64,000 nucleotides of DNA, from positions 26,659 through 90,658 of the forward strand of contig CAVVFV010000012.1 in the NCBI GenBank assembly GCA_963747695.1, written 5' to 3'. The position numbers and the translations under genes were made by a program. Every line of letters starts with the position of its first letter. Position 1 is the first letter of the stretch. Under the pieces are notes generated by a model, which ran no database searches, was not told where the DNA came from, and was given only the letters and a program-made list of their open reading frames with translations. The stretch comes from Candidatus Falkowbacteria bacterium (GTDB taxonomy: Bacteria > Patescibacteriota > Patescibacteriia > Patescibacteriales > WJLG01). Shown piece after piece: positions 38,447-47,783 of this stretch.

Positions 38447-39772
38447 ATGAGCTCCAAGCGCGTTTTGTTTCTGTTGTCGGCTTTTGCCGTGATGGTCATG
38501 TGGGGATGCTCAAGCATGCCCGCTCCGACCCAAGTGAAATCCCAGGATGGGAATTCCGGCTTCGTGATGTCCGCCGCCCTGACTCCGGGCGCGGCTCTCA
38601 CTCCCGCCAGCGCCACCGACACTTTTCCCGTCGGCGCGATGGTCAACTACGGAATCATCGATCAGCGACCCGATTCCGTTAAGATCAAGAATCCCGTGGT
38701 AAGCACTACGTGGTATTACTACGGCATCACGACGATGAACACCGATAGCTCGAAATTCGGGCCCGGTCTCACCGAAGGAATGCACCGGTATCTGATCGCG
38801 GAAACCATCAATGTCACCGCTTTCGTCGCTCTGCAATCCGGCCAGTCGGTTCCCGTGTACCATGAGATAGTTTTCATCATGGGCGTGGGCGTAATTACGC
38901 TGAGCCAGGACTCATTGCTTGTCGTCAATCAGGGAACTCCCGTCGCCGGCCAAACGAATACCTATTCGGTGCCGCTGATGGTGGAGATGGCCAATGTTTC
39001 GAACATTGCCAGCCCCAGTCCCTTCATGTGCGGACCGACGAACTATCTCTGGCAGTGGGCGAATACTACGCTCCTTGCCGGCGCCAGCAAGACCGCGAAT
39101 GGAAAATTTGCCATCGTGACCAGCAATCTGGTCGGCGGACAAATTTACGTCGTCGATCTCGGCAAGAAGTTCATTCTGGCTGACAAAGGCGGCTCCACCT
39201 GGATGCTCCCGTCGGAAATGATGTACAACCGTTACTATGTCGATACGCTGCATCAGAAAGACGGATCAATCGCGACTCATCTGCTCGCCTTCTATCTCGG
39301 TTACAATGGAACATCGTATCGCGTGGATTCGATTCCCGCCGATTCCGGAGTAGCGCCGGTCATTGTGGACACGACGATCGTCGGTGTCTATGGCGACCCC
39401 TATCCCAACTGGCGGAACCGGTTCACGGACATTGGAACCGACAGTGCGATCGAGTACTGCAATTTCAACGGCCTCGCGGACACGACGTCGGTGATGAACC
39501 TGAATTCCAATATTTCGGGTAAAGCCACCGTCGCGTTGACCCAGGTTGCCGGCAAGAAGATCGGTTGGACCAAAGTGGCTAAGAGCGATATTCCGGCCAT
39601 CGGCTATCTTTGGACTTACGGACGCGGGGCAGTGGTTGACACGGCCTTTATGTCGGTAAGTACCTACTGGTCATCGACTCAGGGCGCCGACTGGGCTGTC
39701 TGGAAGACGATCGGCCTTTCCAAAAAGCTGGCCGGTTCTGTCTCCGGTTCGCTCAAGCCCGCCGGTAGGTGA
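38447..39772 (+). CDS. Putative lipoprotein, paralog family ending ...PAGR (start at ATG 38447 after SD AAAGGGGGG)
   Basis: Signal/lipobox VMVMWGCSS; C-terminal ~150 aa align with 40002 protein. Confidence 0.45.
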   Translation: MSSKRVLFLLSAFAVMVMWGCSSMPAPTQVKSQDGNSGFVMSAALTPGAALTPASATDTFPVGAMVNYGIIDQRPDSVKIKNPVVSTTWYYYGITTMNTDSSKFGPGLTEGMHRYLIAETINVTAFVALQSGQSVPVYHEIVFIMGVGVITLSQDSLLVVNQGTPVAGQTNTYSVPLMVEMANVSNIASPSPFMCGPTNYLWQWANTTLLAGASKTANGKFAIVTSNLVGGQIYVVDLGKKFILADKGGSTWMLPSEMMYNRYYVDTLHQKDGSIATHLLAFYLGYNGTSYRVDSIPADSGVAPVIVDTTIVGVYGDPYPNWRNRFTDIGTDSAIEYCNFNGLADTTSVMNLNSNISGKATVALTQVAGKKIGWTKVAKSDIPAIGYLWTYGRGAVVDTAFMSVSTYWSSTQGADWAVWKTIGLSKKLAGSVSGSLKPAGR

Positions 39773-39795
39773 TTCAAGAAGTCAAGTAAGCACAC

Positions 39796-39837
39796 ATACC
39801 CTTTTTTCAGATTTTTCTGAAACGAGGGTATTTTTTT
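39796..39837 (+). terminator. Terminator-like hairpin with T-run
   Basis: ATACCCttttttcagatttttctgaaacgaGGGTATttttttt. Confidence 0.45.
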
Positions 39838-40001
39838 AATATTAAATTAATTTTATCTCATAATTGACAAAAAAATCAGGCAATGCGATAATTGCCTGTT
39901 AATCGATTTTAAAGAATGAATTCGTTATTTATCAGTAATTTCATTATTGTTTTTAAAAATAAGCGGTACATTCACACTAACATTTTTCCCAAGGAGGCCT
40001 T

Positions 40002-40925
40002 ATGAGGTCGACGTTGTTCATCTCGTCGGTTCTGGTACTACTGGTCGGTTCCTTGCTGCTTTGTTCCAAAAAACCGGCGCCGACGCAACCGGCCGGAACC
40101 GAGCCGCAGGATTCATTGCTCCTAGTGTTCAATGGCACGCCCATTCCCGGTGACGACAGTCTTTTTTTAGTGCCGATCTGGGTGAGAATCGCCAATGTGG
40201 CAGGCAAGGATCCGTTTATGAAGGGGCCGACGTCAAGCGATTGGTCGGGGCATATTTCTCTGTTCGCGGTGGACAAGAATTCGAGCGGCAGCCATTATGT
40301 CGTTTACCGTACTTTGCCGCCCGGGGATTACCAGGTTGATTTGGGCAAAGACTGGGGAGCCAACGATTGGCTCGACACGGTCGAACAAGCCGGCTGCCAA
40401 TATTATGATTCGCTGGGCAACGGGATGAAGTGGCGGGTGATGTCTGACGGTTCGGTGCTAACTTGGAGAAATGCCATTCCGTCGTTTGACACCGGTCATC
40501 TGGTTCCCCCTTATCCCGACTCGCTTTATCCGGCGGGGTATGGCGATGCGGGCATAAACTGGCGGACTCGTTTCCGCGACATCATTCACGGCAACGGTCG
40601 GGACAGCGAGATGATTTTTGGCAATTTTGCCGGCTTAGGCAATGAAAATTTGCCGATGCGGATGCAGACTAATATCACCGGCAAGCCGCTGATCAATCTG
40701 TCGGCCTATTCTTCGTCGGTGGGCTACACGATCATCGCCGTCGCGGATATTCCCGATCTTGGTTTGATCTGGACCTATGGCCGGGGAAATATTATCAATA
40801 ATGATTTCCTCTCCCTCGGCAAATACTGGTCAACAAGTCAAAACGCTTTCTGGGCGGTTTGGAAATTCGTCAGCCTGGCAAAGATGACAGCGGCTGGAAA
40901 TCATTTCGCTCCGGCTGGCCGATAA
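40002..40925 (+). CDS. Secreted hypothetical protein, paralog of 38447 (shared C-terminal domain ending PAGR)
   Basis: SD aaggagg; LIWTYGRGNIIN...YWSTSQNAFWAVWKF...APAGR vs YLWTYGRGAVVD...YWSSTQGADWAVWKT...KPAGR. Confidence 0.45.
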   Translation: MRSTLFISSVLVLLVGSLLLCSKKPAPTQPAGTEPQDSLLLVFNGTPIPGDDSLFLVPIWVRIANVAGKDPFMKGPTSSDWSGHISLFAVDKNSSGSHYVVYRTLPPGDYQVDLGKDWGANDWLDTVEQAGCQYYDSLGNGMKWRVMSDGSVLTWRNAIPSFDTGHLVPPYPDSLYPAGYGDAGINWRTRFRDIIHGNGRDSEMIFGNFAGLGNENLPMRMQTNITGKPLINLSAYSSSVGYTIIAVADIPDLGLIWTYGRGNIINNDFLSLGKYWSTSQNAFWAVWKFVSLAKMTAAGNHFAPAGR

Positions 40926-40948
40926 AAGATCTTTTTTTGTAGTAAGCG

Positions 40949-40980
40949 GCTCCGTTGGACTTAGGTTCAACGGAGTTTTT
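40949..40980 (+). terminator. Rho-independent terminator
   Basis: CTCCGTTGgacttaggttCAACGGAGtttttc. Confidence 0.8.
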
Positions 40981-41063
40981 CTTTACAAAAAAATCCAATC
41001 TTGTTATATTGCTATATTGTAAGATTGCCGGGCTATGGAAAGAAGCGGAGTAAAATATTATTT

Positions 41064-41420
41064 ATGATTTTGTCTATCAATACGATTGGTCAACCGGGGA
41101 TCGAGATCGGCCTGAAAGAAGCGGATAAATTTATCGCGCAAAAAAAGATTGAACCTGGACGAGTGCAGGCGGAAAAATTATTAGCGGCGGTCGAGGCTGT
41201 TTTAAAAATGAAAAAGATCAAGCTGAAGGATATCGAAGCGATCGAGGTAGAAAATAGGGGAGGCAGTTTCACTTCTCTGCGCATCGGCGTGGCCGTGGCT
41301 AATGCCCTCGGGTTTGCCTTGGGAATACCGGTCAAGGGAACGGCCGGACCGGCCAAGATGGTCGAACAGATCAGTATTGTTGAGCCGATGTATGATCGGG
41401 AGCCTGATATCGGGATTTAG
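41064..41420 (+). CDS. TsaB-like (inactive Kae1/YeaZ-type) N-terminal domain protein, short form
   Basis: ILSINTIGQPGIEIGL...GGSFTSLRIGVAVANALGFALGIPV resembles TsaB N-terminus. Confidence 0.5.
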   Translation: MILSINTIGQPGIEIGLKEADKFIAQKKIEPGRVQAEKLLAAVEAVLKMKKIKLKDIEAIEVENRGGSFTSLRIGVAVANALGFALGIPVKGTAGPAKMVEQISIVEPMYDREPDIGI

Positions 41421-41525
41421 TATTTCGTATTTGGTATATCGTATTTCGTATATTTTTTAAAATTTAGGTAATTTGTTAAATTTTTTGGGCGAAATACCAA
41501 ATACGAGATACGAAATACGAATCGC
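41419..41525. repeat. Repeat family D locus 1 (TATTTCGTATTTGGTAT-based inverted repeat)
   Basis: tagtatttcgtatttggtatatcgtatttcgtata ... gaaataccaaatacgagatacgaaatacgaatcgc. Confidence 0.8.
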
Positions 41526-41649
41526 TGTGCATTACCTGTTAATAACACTTATCCACCTTAAATTTATTTATCAATCGTCCCGTGAGGGCGGTTTTTTTAT
41601 TGGCTAATTTTAAATAACAACCTGCTTGGGGAAAATTAGTCCAAAGTGT

Positions 41650-41678
41650 TTGACGATGGCGGTTTAGTGGTGTACAAT
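41650..41678 (+). promoter_or_regulatory. Putative sigma70-like promoter (TTGACG-17-TACAAT) for mraZ operon
   Basis: ttgacg atggcggtttagtggtg tacaat. Confidence 0.5.
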
Positions 41679-41718
41679 TATAGTATGTTGGTGAAAAGTG
41701 GGGAAAGGAGGTGAAATT

Positions 41719-41896
41719 GGTATTTCGTATCCCGTATTTAGTATTTCGTAATATTACGAAAGAACGCAGAAAAAAATACTACGCATTTTGCGGGGGTATC
41801 TTTTAAAAAAGATGAGGCGAGTGCCTGCGCCGCTGTTGAATCGCATTTATTTGTTTCGAAGTTTTAAAGTATATACGAAATACCAAATACGAAATT
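41719..41896. repeat. Repeat family D locus 2 enclosing the mraZ 5' leader
   Basis: ggtatttcgtatcccgtatttagtatttcgtaatattacgaaag ... tatacgaaataccaaatacgaaattt, ending 1 nt before mraZ ATG. Confidence 0.7.
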
Positions 41897-41897
41897 T

Positions 41898-42329
41898 ATG
41901 TTTATTGGCGAATATAGCCACAATTTGGATAGCAAAGGCAGAATTGCCGTACCGGCTAAATTTAGGAATATGCTGGAAAAAGGGGCAGTTGTCACGAAAG
42001 GACTGGATAACTGTCTTTTTCTGTATCCAAAAACCAAATGGGAAGAGATAGCGCAAAAATTCGCCAATTTGCCGGTTAGCCAGGCCAAGGCCAGAGCTTT
42101 TGCCCGCCATATGCTGGCCGGGGCGATGAATGTTGAGTTTGATAACCAGGGCCGAATAAATTTACCTGAATATTTAAGAAAATTTGCTAATTTGAAAAAG
42201 GAAACCATCATTGCCGGCTTGTTCGATCGGCTCGAGATCTGGGATGAAGCGGCCTGGAATAAATATAAAACAGCGACTGATAAAGATTCTGGCCAGATTG
42301 CTGAAGCTTTAGGGGAACTTGGGGTATAG
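41898..42329 (+). CDS. mraZ: Transcriptional regulator MraZ
   Basis: MFIGEYSHNLDSKGRIAVPAKFR and second DxxxR repeat. Confidence 0.9.
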   Translation: MFIGEYSHNLDSKGRIAVPAKFRNMLEKGAVVTKGLDNCLFLYPKTKWEEIAQKFANLPVSQAKARAFARHMLAGAMNVEFDNQGRINLPEYLRKFANLKKETIIAGLFDRLEIWDEAAWNKYKTATDKDSGQIAEALGELGV

Positions 42330-42344
42330 AAGATCTGTGAATAT

Positions 42345-42463
42345 AATCCGAATGCTACGAATGTCAATCCGAATCTACAAATGACATCCGAATTATCCGA
42401 ATAGGTTTATTATCCATTCGGATGATATTCGTAGATTCGCCGAAAATTCGTAGATTCGAATTA
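42345..42463. repeat. Family-C-related inverted repeat (CCGAATCTACAAAT / ATTCGTAGATTCG) between mraZ and rsmH
   Basis: aatccgaatgctacgaatgtcaatccgaatctacaaatgacatccgaatta...ccattcggatgatattcgtagattcgccgaaaattcgtagattcgaatta. Confidence 0.7.
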
Positions 42464-42469
42464 AATTTT

Positions 42470-43405
42470 ATGGAGTATCAACACACCCCGGTAATGCTAA
42501 AAGAGGTAACGGAATATCTGAAACCCGAACCAGGAGGATATTTCATTGATGGCACGCTGGGCGGCGGCGGATATACCGAGGCATTGTCGAAAATTATCGG
42601 GGCGGACGGAAAAATTTTGGCAATCGATCTGGATCAACAAGCTATTGATAATACCGCCCGAAAAAAATTAAGCAACGTAGTTTTAGTTAAAGATAATTTT
42701 GCTAATTTATCGGCGATCATTGCCGAAACCGTGGAACCGGGAAAATTATTCGACGGGTTTGTTCTGGATTTGGGCCTTTCCTCGTTTCAGCTGGCCGATC
42801 TGCGACGCGGTTTTTCTTTCCGAGAAGATTCTCCGCTGGATATGGCTTTCGCTTCCGATGGCGGCGATCACAAAACTCGGGACCTCGTAAATAACTGGCG
42901 CGAAGAGGATCTCCAAAGGATAATTTTCGCTTACGGCGAAGAAAAAAATGCGCGGCGGATCGCCAAGGGGATCGTGGAACGCCGGAAATCCGGCCGGATC
43001 GAAACGACCGGGGATCTGGTGGAGATCATAAAAAAAGCTATTCCGCGCCGTTTGTGGAGCGCTAAAGTCCATCCGGCCACCAAAACATTCCAGGCCTTGC
43101 GGATCGCCGTCAACCATGAATTGGAAAGTTTAGAGAAGGTTTTGCCACAGGCAACGGCGGCCTTAAAAAGCGGCGGCCGTCTAGTGATAATTTCCTTTCA
43201 CAGTCTCGAAGACCGGATCGTTAAAGACTACTTCAGACAGGAAAGCCGTGATTGCCTTTGCCCGCCGGAAATTCCAATCTGCCGTTGCGGCCATCTTGCC
43301 TCGATCAGAATAATCACCAAAAAACCCGTCCCGCCGAGCGAGGGAGAAATTGAGCTCAATCCGCGCAGTCGCAGCGCGAAGATGAGGGTGGCAGAGAAGA
43401 TATAA
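42470..43405 (+). CDS. rsmH: 16S rRNA (cytosine1402-N4)-methyltransferase RsmH (start ATG 42470)
   Basis: HTPVMLKEV...DGTLGGGGYTEAL...GFVLDLGLSSFQL motifs. Confidence 0.9.
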   Translation: MEYQHTPVMLKEVTEYLKPEPGGYFIDGTLGGGGYTEALSKIIGADGKILAIDLDQQAIDNTARKKLSNVVLVKDNFANLSAIIAETVEPGKLFDGFVLDLGLSSFQLADLRRGFSFREDSPLDMAFASDGGDHKTRDLVNNWREEDLQRIIFAYGEEKNARRIAKGIVERRKSGRIETTGDLVEIIKKAIPRRLWSAKVHPATKTFQALRIAVNHELESLEKVLPQATAALKSGGRLVIISFHSLEDRIVKDYFRQESRDCLCPPEIPICRCGHLASIRIITKKPVPPSEGEIELNPRSRSAKMRVAEKI

Positions 43406-43451
43406 AAAATTTTTGCATTGAAAAAAAACTTAAGATCATTCGTCGAACTTT

Positions 43452-43587
43452 AAAATCCGAAGCACAAAATCCTAAATCCTAAACAAATCCAAAGGTTCAA
43501 AATCCTAAATCTGAAACAATTTTTAATTTTTGACATTTGAATTTTTAATTTGTTTCGGATTTCGTGCTTAGAATTTCGGATTTAGCC
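43452..43587. repeat. Repeat family H (AATCCTAAATCCTAA / GATTTCGTGCTTAGAATTTCGGATTTAG inverted pair)
   Basis: Read directly in rsmH-ftsL spacer. Confidence 0.7.
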
Positions 43588-43663
43588 ATAGCCCTTGCAT
43601 GCAAGTATTCCAAGGATTTAAGCAAATTTAATAATATATTTAAATAAAAACAAAAATAAAACC

Positions 43664-44005
43664 ATGACACAAAAGTACGACGGGGTTTACTCCCAAAAAA
43701 TCGAAAAGAACCAGCCGCAATGGATGAATATCAGAACCGTGAATTTTTTGTTGCTGACTTTAATTATCGCGGGCGCTTTGTATTATGTAACCGGAATCAA
43801 TGATTTGGTGGTAAAGGGCTTCACCTTGCAGGAGTTGAAAGCAAAAGTCAACCTACTCCAGGAGGAAAACCAGAACTTAACGGTGCAAACCGCGTCTTTG
43901 CAGTCATACAATGATTTGGCTAAAAGGATTGCCGATTTAAAGATGGTGGCCGTTGACAATGTCGATTATCTAAAAGTCGGTTCCGGAGTGGCTATGGCAC
44001 GATAG
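43664..44005 (+). CDS. FtsL-like cell division protein (TM helix + coiled coil)
   Basis: TM LLLTLIIAGALYYV then heptad-rich LQELKAKVNLLQEENQNL; position between rsmH and ftsI. Confidence 0.55.
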   Translation: MTQKYDGVYSQKIEKNQPQWMNIRTVNFLLLTLIIAGALYYVTGINDLVVKGFTLQELKAKVNLLQEENQNLTVQTASLQSYNDLAKRIADLKMVAVDNVDYLKVGSGVAMAR

Positions 44006-44069
44006 CAGAGAGCAGAGGAACAAAGAGCATAGAGCAGGGTTAATATTCGAGCCCGACATTACAAGCAAG

Positions 44070-44190
44070 CTTAATTAGTCGATTAGTTAATTGGTTAATT
44101 AGTTTTATTGCAAAAAAGTTTCGGCTAATTTTATTATCGAAGCCTAATTTTACTAAAACTAAGCACCTAATTAACTAAGCAACTAATGAC
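44070..44190. repeat. Repeat family E locus 2
   Basis: cttaattagtcgattagttaattggttaattagtttt ... aactaagcacctaattaactaagcaactaatgac. Confidence 0.75.
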
Positions 44191-44223
44191 ATTGTTTATT
44201 GTTGAAAATCAAAAATTCGGACA

Positions 44224-46302
44224 ATGCTAAAAAACAGGCGCGACAATCGAAATTCTGCCCACAATAATCGCATTAATATTTTAATCGCGATTGTTTTTTT
44301 ATTCGGCGCTGCCATCGTCGGCCGGCTGTTTTATCTGCAGGTTTTAAAGCACGGGTTCTATCTGGCCGAAGCAAACAGCCAGCAGCAGACCGAAACCACT
44401 CTGATTCCGGATCGGGGAAAAATTTACCTTGAAGACCAGCCCAGTAAAACGACCGGCGAAGTTTTATATCCCTTGGCCACCAATAAGCAATTCGCCTTGC
44501 TTTATGCGATTCCCCGCGACATCAAGAGCCAGGCGGAAGCCGCGGATATCGCCGGCAAACTTTTTTTTGTCTTTGACGAGGCCAACGCGGGAAAACAAGT
44601 CGATGATAGCTTCGTCCAAACCGATCAGGCCGAGCTGGCGGCTGAGTTGGCGCCGACTGCTTCGCTGCCGGCGGACCAAAAGAAGATCCAGGCCGCCGAG
44701 ATCACTCACCAATATAATTTGCTTCACGCCGATAAGACTTGGCTCGCTAACCGGGCCAAGAAACGCGATGAAGCGATCCAGAATATCAAAGACGCGGATA
44801 TCGCCGCCTACCTGGCAATTTTAAGCCGGAGCGATTCGCAATACGCGCCTTTGGAAAAAAAAGTCAGCGAGGATGATTTGAAAAGATTCTACTCGCTATT
44901 CCTTGATCCGGACGGCCAACAGATAGTTTATGACAAATTAGAAATCAATAACGGCAAGGTCGAGGAAATACTTGCCGATAACAGCCAAAGAGAAATCCAT
45001 CCCAACGGCATCTATCATTCAATGCAGACTTATCGTTTTTATCCGGAAAATGACGTCGGCTCGCAGCTCTTGGGTTTCGTGCGTTCGGATAATAATACGC
45101 TCACCGGAAATTACGGCTTGGAAGGTTTTTTTGACAAAGAGTTAGCCGGCGTCAACGGCTATATCAAATCGGATATCGGAGCCGGATCGGATGTCGGCAT
45201 CCTTAACGGGCAGGAATACGTCAAACCGACCAATGGCTCCGACTTGATCCTGACGATCGATCGCTCGATTGAATTTTATGCCTGCGAACAATTGAAAGAA
45301 GCGGCGCAGCTGCATCAATCGGATTCGGCCAGCCTGGTGGCGGTCGATCCCAAAACAGGAGCGATCATCGCTATGTGCAACTGGCCGGATTTTGATCCGA
45401 ACAATTATCAGTCAGTAACCGATATGAATGTGTTTAACGATCCGATCGTCTTCCAGCAGTACGAACCCGGTTCGGTTTTTAAAGCGGTTACCATGGCGGC
45501 TGCCTTGAACGAAGGCAAGGTCACCCCGGATACGACTTATGAGGATAAGGGATTTGTAATGGAAAAAGGTTGGAAACAGCCGATCAAAAATGCTGAAGCC
45601 GGCGCGCACGGAGTAGTAACTATGACTTACGTCTTGGAGGAATCTTTGAATACTGGCGCGATTTTCGCCATGCAGCAGATCGGCGCCCCGACCTTTGCCA
45701 AATACGTGCAAGCCTTCGGGTTTGGCGTGCGTTCCGGAGTGGAACTGGAATCGGAAAGTCCCGGCAATATCAACAATCTGCTGGTGAAGAAAATCAATGA
45801 TCTGGACGCGGATACTGCTTCTTTCGGGCAGGGTTTGAGCACTACGCCCTTGCAAATGCTCATGGCATACGCGGCGATCGCCAATGGCGGCATGTTAATG
45901 AAGCCTTATGTGGTCAAAGACATTGTCGATCCTGCCGGTAACCGCGCGGAAACCAAGCCGGTTACAGTCCGACAAGTAATCTCTGAACAAACCGCCAATC
46001 TTTTAACGGGAATGCTGATCTCCGACGTCGAGAGCGGTAATTCGCAAAAAACCAAGATCTCCGGTTATTATGTGGCCGGTAAGACCGGCACGGCGCAGAT
46101 CCCTGATAAGGGCGGCTATCTGCTTAATCAGACGATTCATACTTTTATCGGTTTTGCTCCGGCGGACGATCCGAAATTCGTTATGCTGGTCAAATTTGAT
46201 AATCCCAAAGATTTCCCGTATGCTGATTATACGGCCACCCCGTTATTCAAAACAGTCGCCGATTTTATGCTGCAGTATTACCAAGTGCCTAAGGAGCGGT
46301 AA
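44224..46302 (+). CDS. ftsI: Penicillin-binding protein 2 / FtsI transpeptidase (with insertion in N-terminal domain)
   Basis: N-terminal TM; transpeptidase motifs SVFK, SLNT, KTGTA. Confidence 0.85.
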   Translation: MLKNRRDNRNSAHNNRINILIAIVFLFGAAIVGRLFYLQVLKHGFYLAEANSQQQTETTLIPDRGKIYLEDQPSKTTGEVLYPLATNKQFALLYAIPRDIKSQAEAADIAGKLFFVFDEANAGKQVDDSFVQTDQAELAAELAPTASLPADQKKIQAAEITHQYNLLHADKTWLANRAKKRDEAIQNIKDADIAAYLAILSRSDSQYAPLEKKVSEDDLKRFYSLFLDPDGQQIVYDKLEINNGKVEEILADNSQREIHPNGIYHSMQTYRFYPENDVGSQLLGFVRSDNNTLTGNYGLEGFFDKELAGVNGYIKSDIGAGSDVGILNGQEYVKPTNGSDLILTIDRSIEFYACEQLKEAAQLHQSDSASLVAVDPKTGAIIAMCNWPDFDPNNYQSVTDMNVFNDPIVFQQYEPGSVFKAVTMAAALNEGKVTPDTTYEDKGFVMEKGWKQPIKNAEAGAHGVVTMTYVLEESLNTGAIFAMQQIGAPTFAKYVQAFGFGVRSGVELESESPGNINNLLVKKINDLDADTASFGQGLSTTPLQMLMAYAAIANGGMLMKPYVVKDIVDPAGNRAETKPVTVRQVISEQTANLLTGMLISDVESGNSQKTKISGYYVAGKTGTAQIPDKGGYLLNQTIHTFIGFAPADDPKFVMLVKFDNPKDFPYADYTATPLFKTVADFMLQYYQVPKER

Positions 46303-46381
46303 GCAGAAGTAAGAAGTATGAAGTTAGAAGTAAGAAGTTTTTATAAGATTTCTTACTTCTAACTTTTTACTTCTAACTTTC
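46303..46381. repeat. Repeat family I (AGAAGTAAGAAGT / ACTTCTTACTTCT palindrome)
   Basis: gcagaagtaagaagtatgaagttagaagtaagaagt...atttcttacttctaactttttacttctaactttc. Confidence 0.8.
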
Positions 46382-46387
46382 TAATCT

Positions 46388-47683
46388 ATGTTTAAAAAAA
46401 TAATATTATTAAAATTGAAGTGGCTGGCTAAAATGATTTTAGCTAAATACAAGCCAAAAATAGTCGGCATTACCGGCAGCGTAGGAAAGACCAGCACCAA
46501 GGATGCGGTTTTTTGCGTGCTCAAAACCAAATTCCGCGTCCGGGCGAGCATTAAGAATTATAACAATGAATTCGGTTTGCCGTTGTCGGTGATCGGGTCT
46601 GATTCGCCCGGGAAAAATTTTTTCGGTTGGCTGGCGGTTTTTTGGCAAGCTTATTGGCTGATCCTTTTTTTCGCCAAGGATTATCCCGAAGTGTTGATTT
46701 TGGAAATGGGCGTCGATAAGGTCGGCGATATGGATTATCTGACCAGCATCGTCAAGTGCGATGTGGGGGTGATCACGGGGATCGGCGAAGCGCATTTGGA
46801 AGCTTTTGGTTCGGTTGATAAGATCCAACTGGAAAAAGGAAAGCTGTTGAAAAAATTGGCCAAGAATGGCTGGGCAATCCTCAATTTTGACGATGAGAAG
46901 ACTAAGGCGCTCGCCGCCGAAAGCAAAGTCCGGGTTTTGGGTTATGGATTCAATCCCGGCGCCGAAGTCAGCGGCAGTAATCTGCAATTCAAATTCGAAG
47001 AGTCGAGGAACTTGGATAATTTGCTCGGTCTGACTTTTAAAGTTAGTTATGAAGGTTCGATGGTTCCGGTGGTCTTACCCGAAGTCATCGGCGGCGGCGC
47101 AGTTTACGCGGCGCTGGCGGCGATCGCGGTCGGACTGACCTTCAAGATCAATCTGGTGGAGATTGCGGCGGCCTTGCAGAAATTCGTTTCACCCAAAGGT
47201 CGAATGAAATTGATCGACGGGATCAAGCATACTTTATTGATTGACGATTCTTATAATTCTTCGCCGCAATCTTCGCTCGCGGCGATTGATTTCATCAAGC
47301 GGATCGAAACCGACCAGCCCTTCCGCAAGATCGCCGTTATGGGCGATATGCTGGAATTAGGTACTTACTCTGAAGCCGGACATCGCGAAGTCGGCCGTGC
47401 CGTAGCTGTTGCCAAATTCGATTTGCTCGTCACGGTAGGCGAGCGGGCGAGAGAGATTAGCCATGGCGCCAAGGCGGCCGGGTTGGCTGATGATCAAATA
47501 TTCAGTTTTTCTCATAACGCCGAAGCCGGTTTGTTCGTCCAGGATCGTTTAAAAGCCGGCGACCTGGTCTTGATCAAAGGATCGCAAGGCGCCCGGATGG
47601 AACAGGTCGTCAAGGAACTGATGGCAAATCCGCTCGAGGCCGGCATTCTGCTGGTTCGCCAGGGAGCCGAGTGGAGCGCGTAG
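46388..47683 (+). CDS. murF: UDP-N-acetylmuramoyl-tripeptide--D-alanyl-D-alanine ligase
   Basis: Mur ligase P-loop GITGSVGKTSTKD; Mur ligase central/C-terminal domains. Confidence 0.85.
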   Translation: MFKKIILLKLKWLAKMILAKYKPKIVGITGSVGKTSTKDAVFCVLKTKFRVRASIKNYNNEFGLPLSVIGSDSPGKNFFGWLAVFWQAYWLILFFAKDYPEVLILEMGVDKVGDMDYLTSIVKCDVGVITGIGEAHLEAFGSVDKIQLEKGKLLKKLAKNGWAILNFDDEKTKALAAESKVRVLGYGFNPGAEVSGSNLQFKFEESRNLDNLLGLTFKVSYEGSMVPVVLPEVIGGGAVYAALAAIAVGLTFKINLVEIAAALQKFVSPKGRMKLIDGIKHTLLIDDSYNSSPQSSLAAIDFIKRIETDQPFRKIAVMGDMLELGTYSEAGHREVGRAVAVAKFDLLVTVGERAREISHGAKAAGLADDQIFSFSHNAEAGLFVQDRLKAGDLVLIKGSQGARMEQVVKELMANPLEAGILLVRQGAEWSA

Positions 47684-47743
47684 GAACGCAATATTTTGCG
47701 TTCAAAATAAATCGCAGGAACGCAAGATATTGCGTTCCTACAG
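47678..47743. repeat. Repeat family A locus 4; murF stop codon TAG is part of the repeat
   Basis: gcgtaggaacgcaatattttgcgttc ... gcaggaacgcaagatattgcgttcctacag. Confidence 0.8.
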
Positions 47744-47783
47744 TTTTATATGTCACAAAATTGAAGTAAAACCGTTAATATAT

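Noticed and set aside
24288-40925. Prophage or integrative-element interpretation of the glycosyltransferase-rich region
   Set aside because: No integrase, recombinase, capsid or tRNA attachment site; gene content (Wzz, Wzy, Wzx, GTs, RmlA, secreted proteins) fits a chromosomal surface-glycan locus.
41421-41897. Possible origin of replication suggested by AT-rich repeats near the mraZ / dcw cluster
   Set aside because: The repeats are inverted-repeat MITE-like arms (family D) rather than DnaA-box arrays (no TTATCCACA-like 9-mers seen); no dnaA or dnaN nearby.
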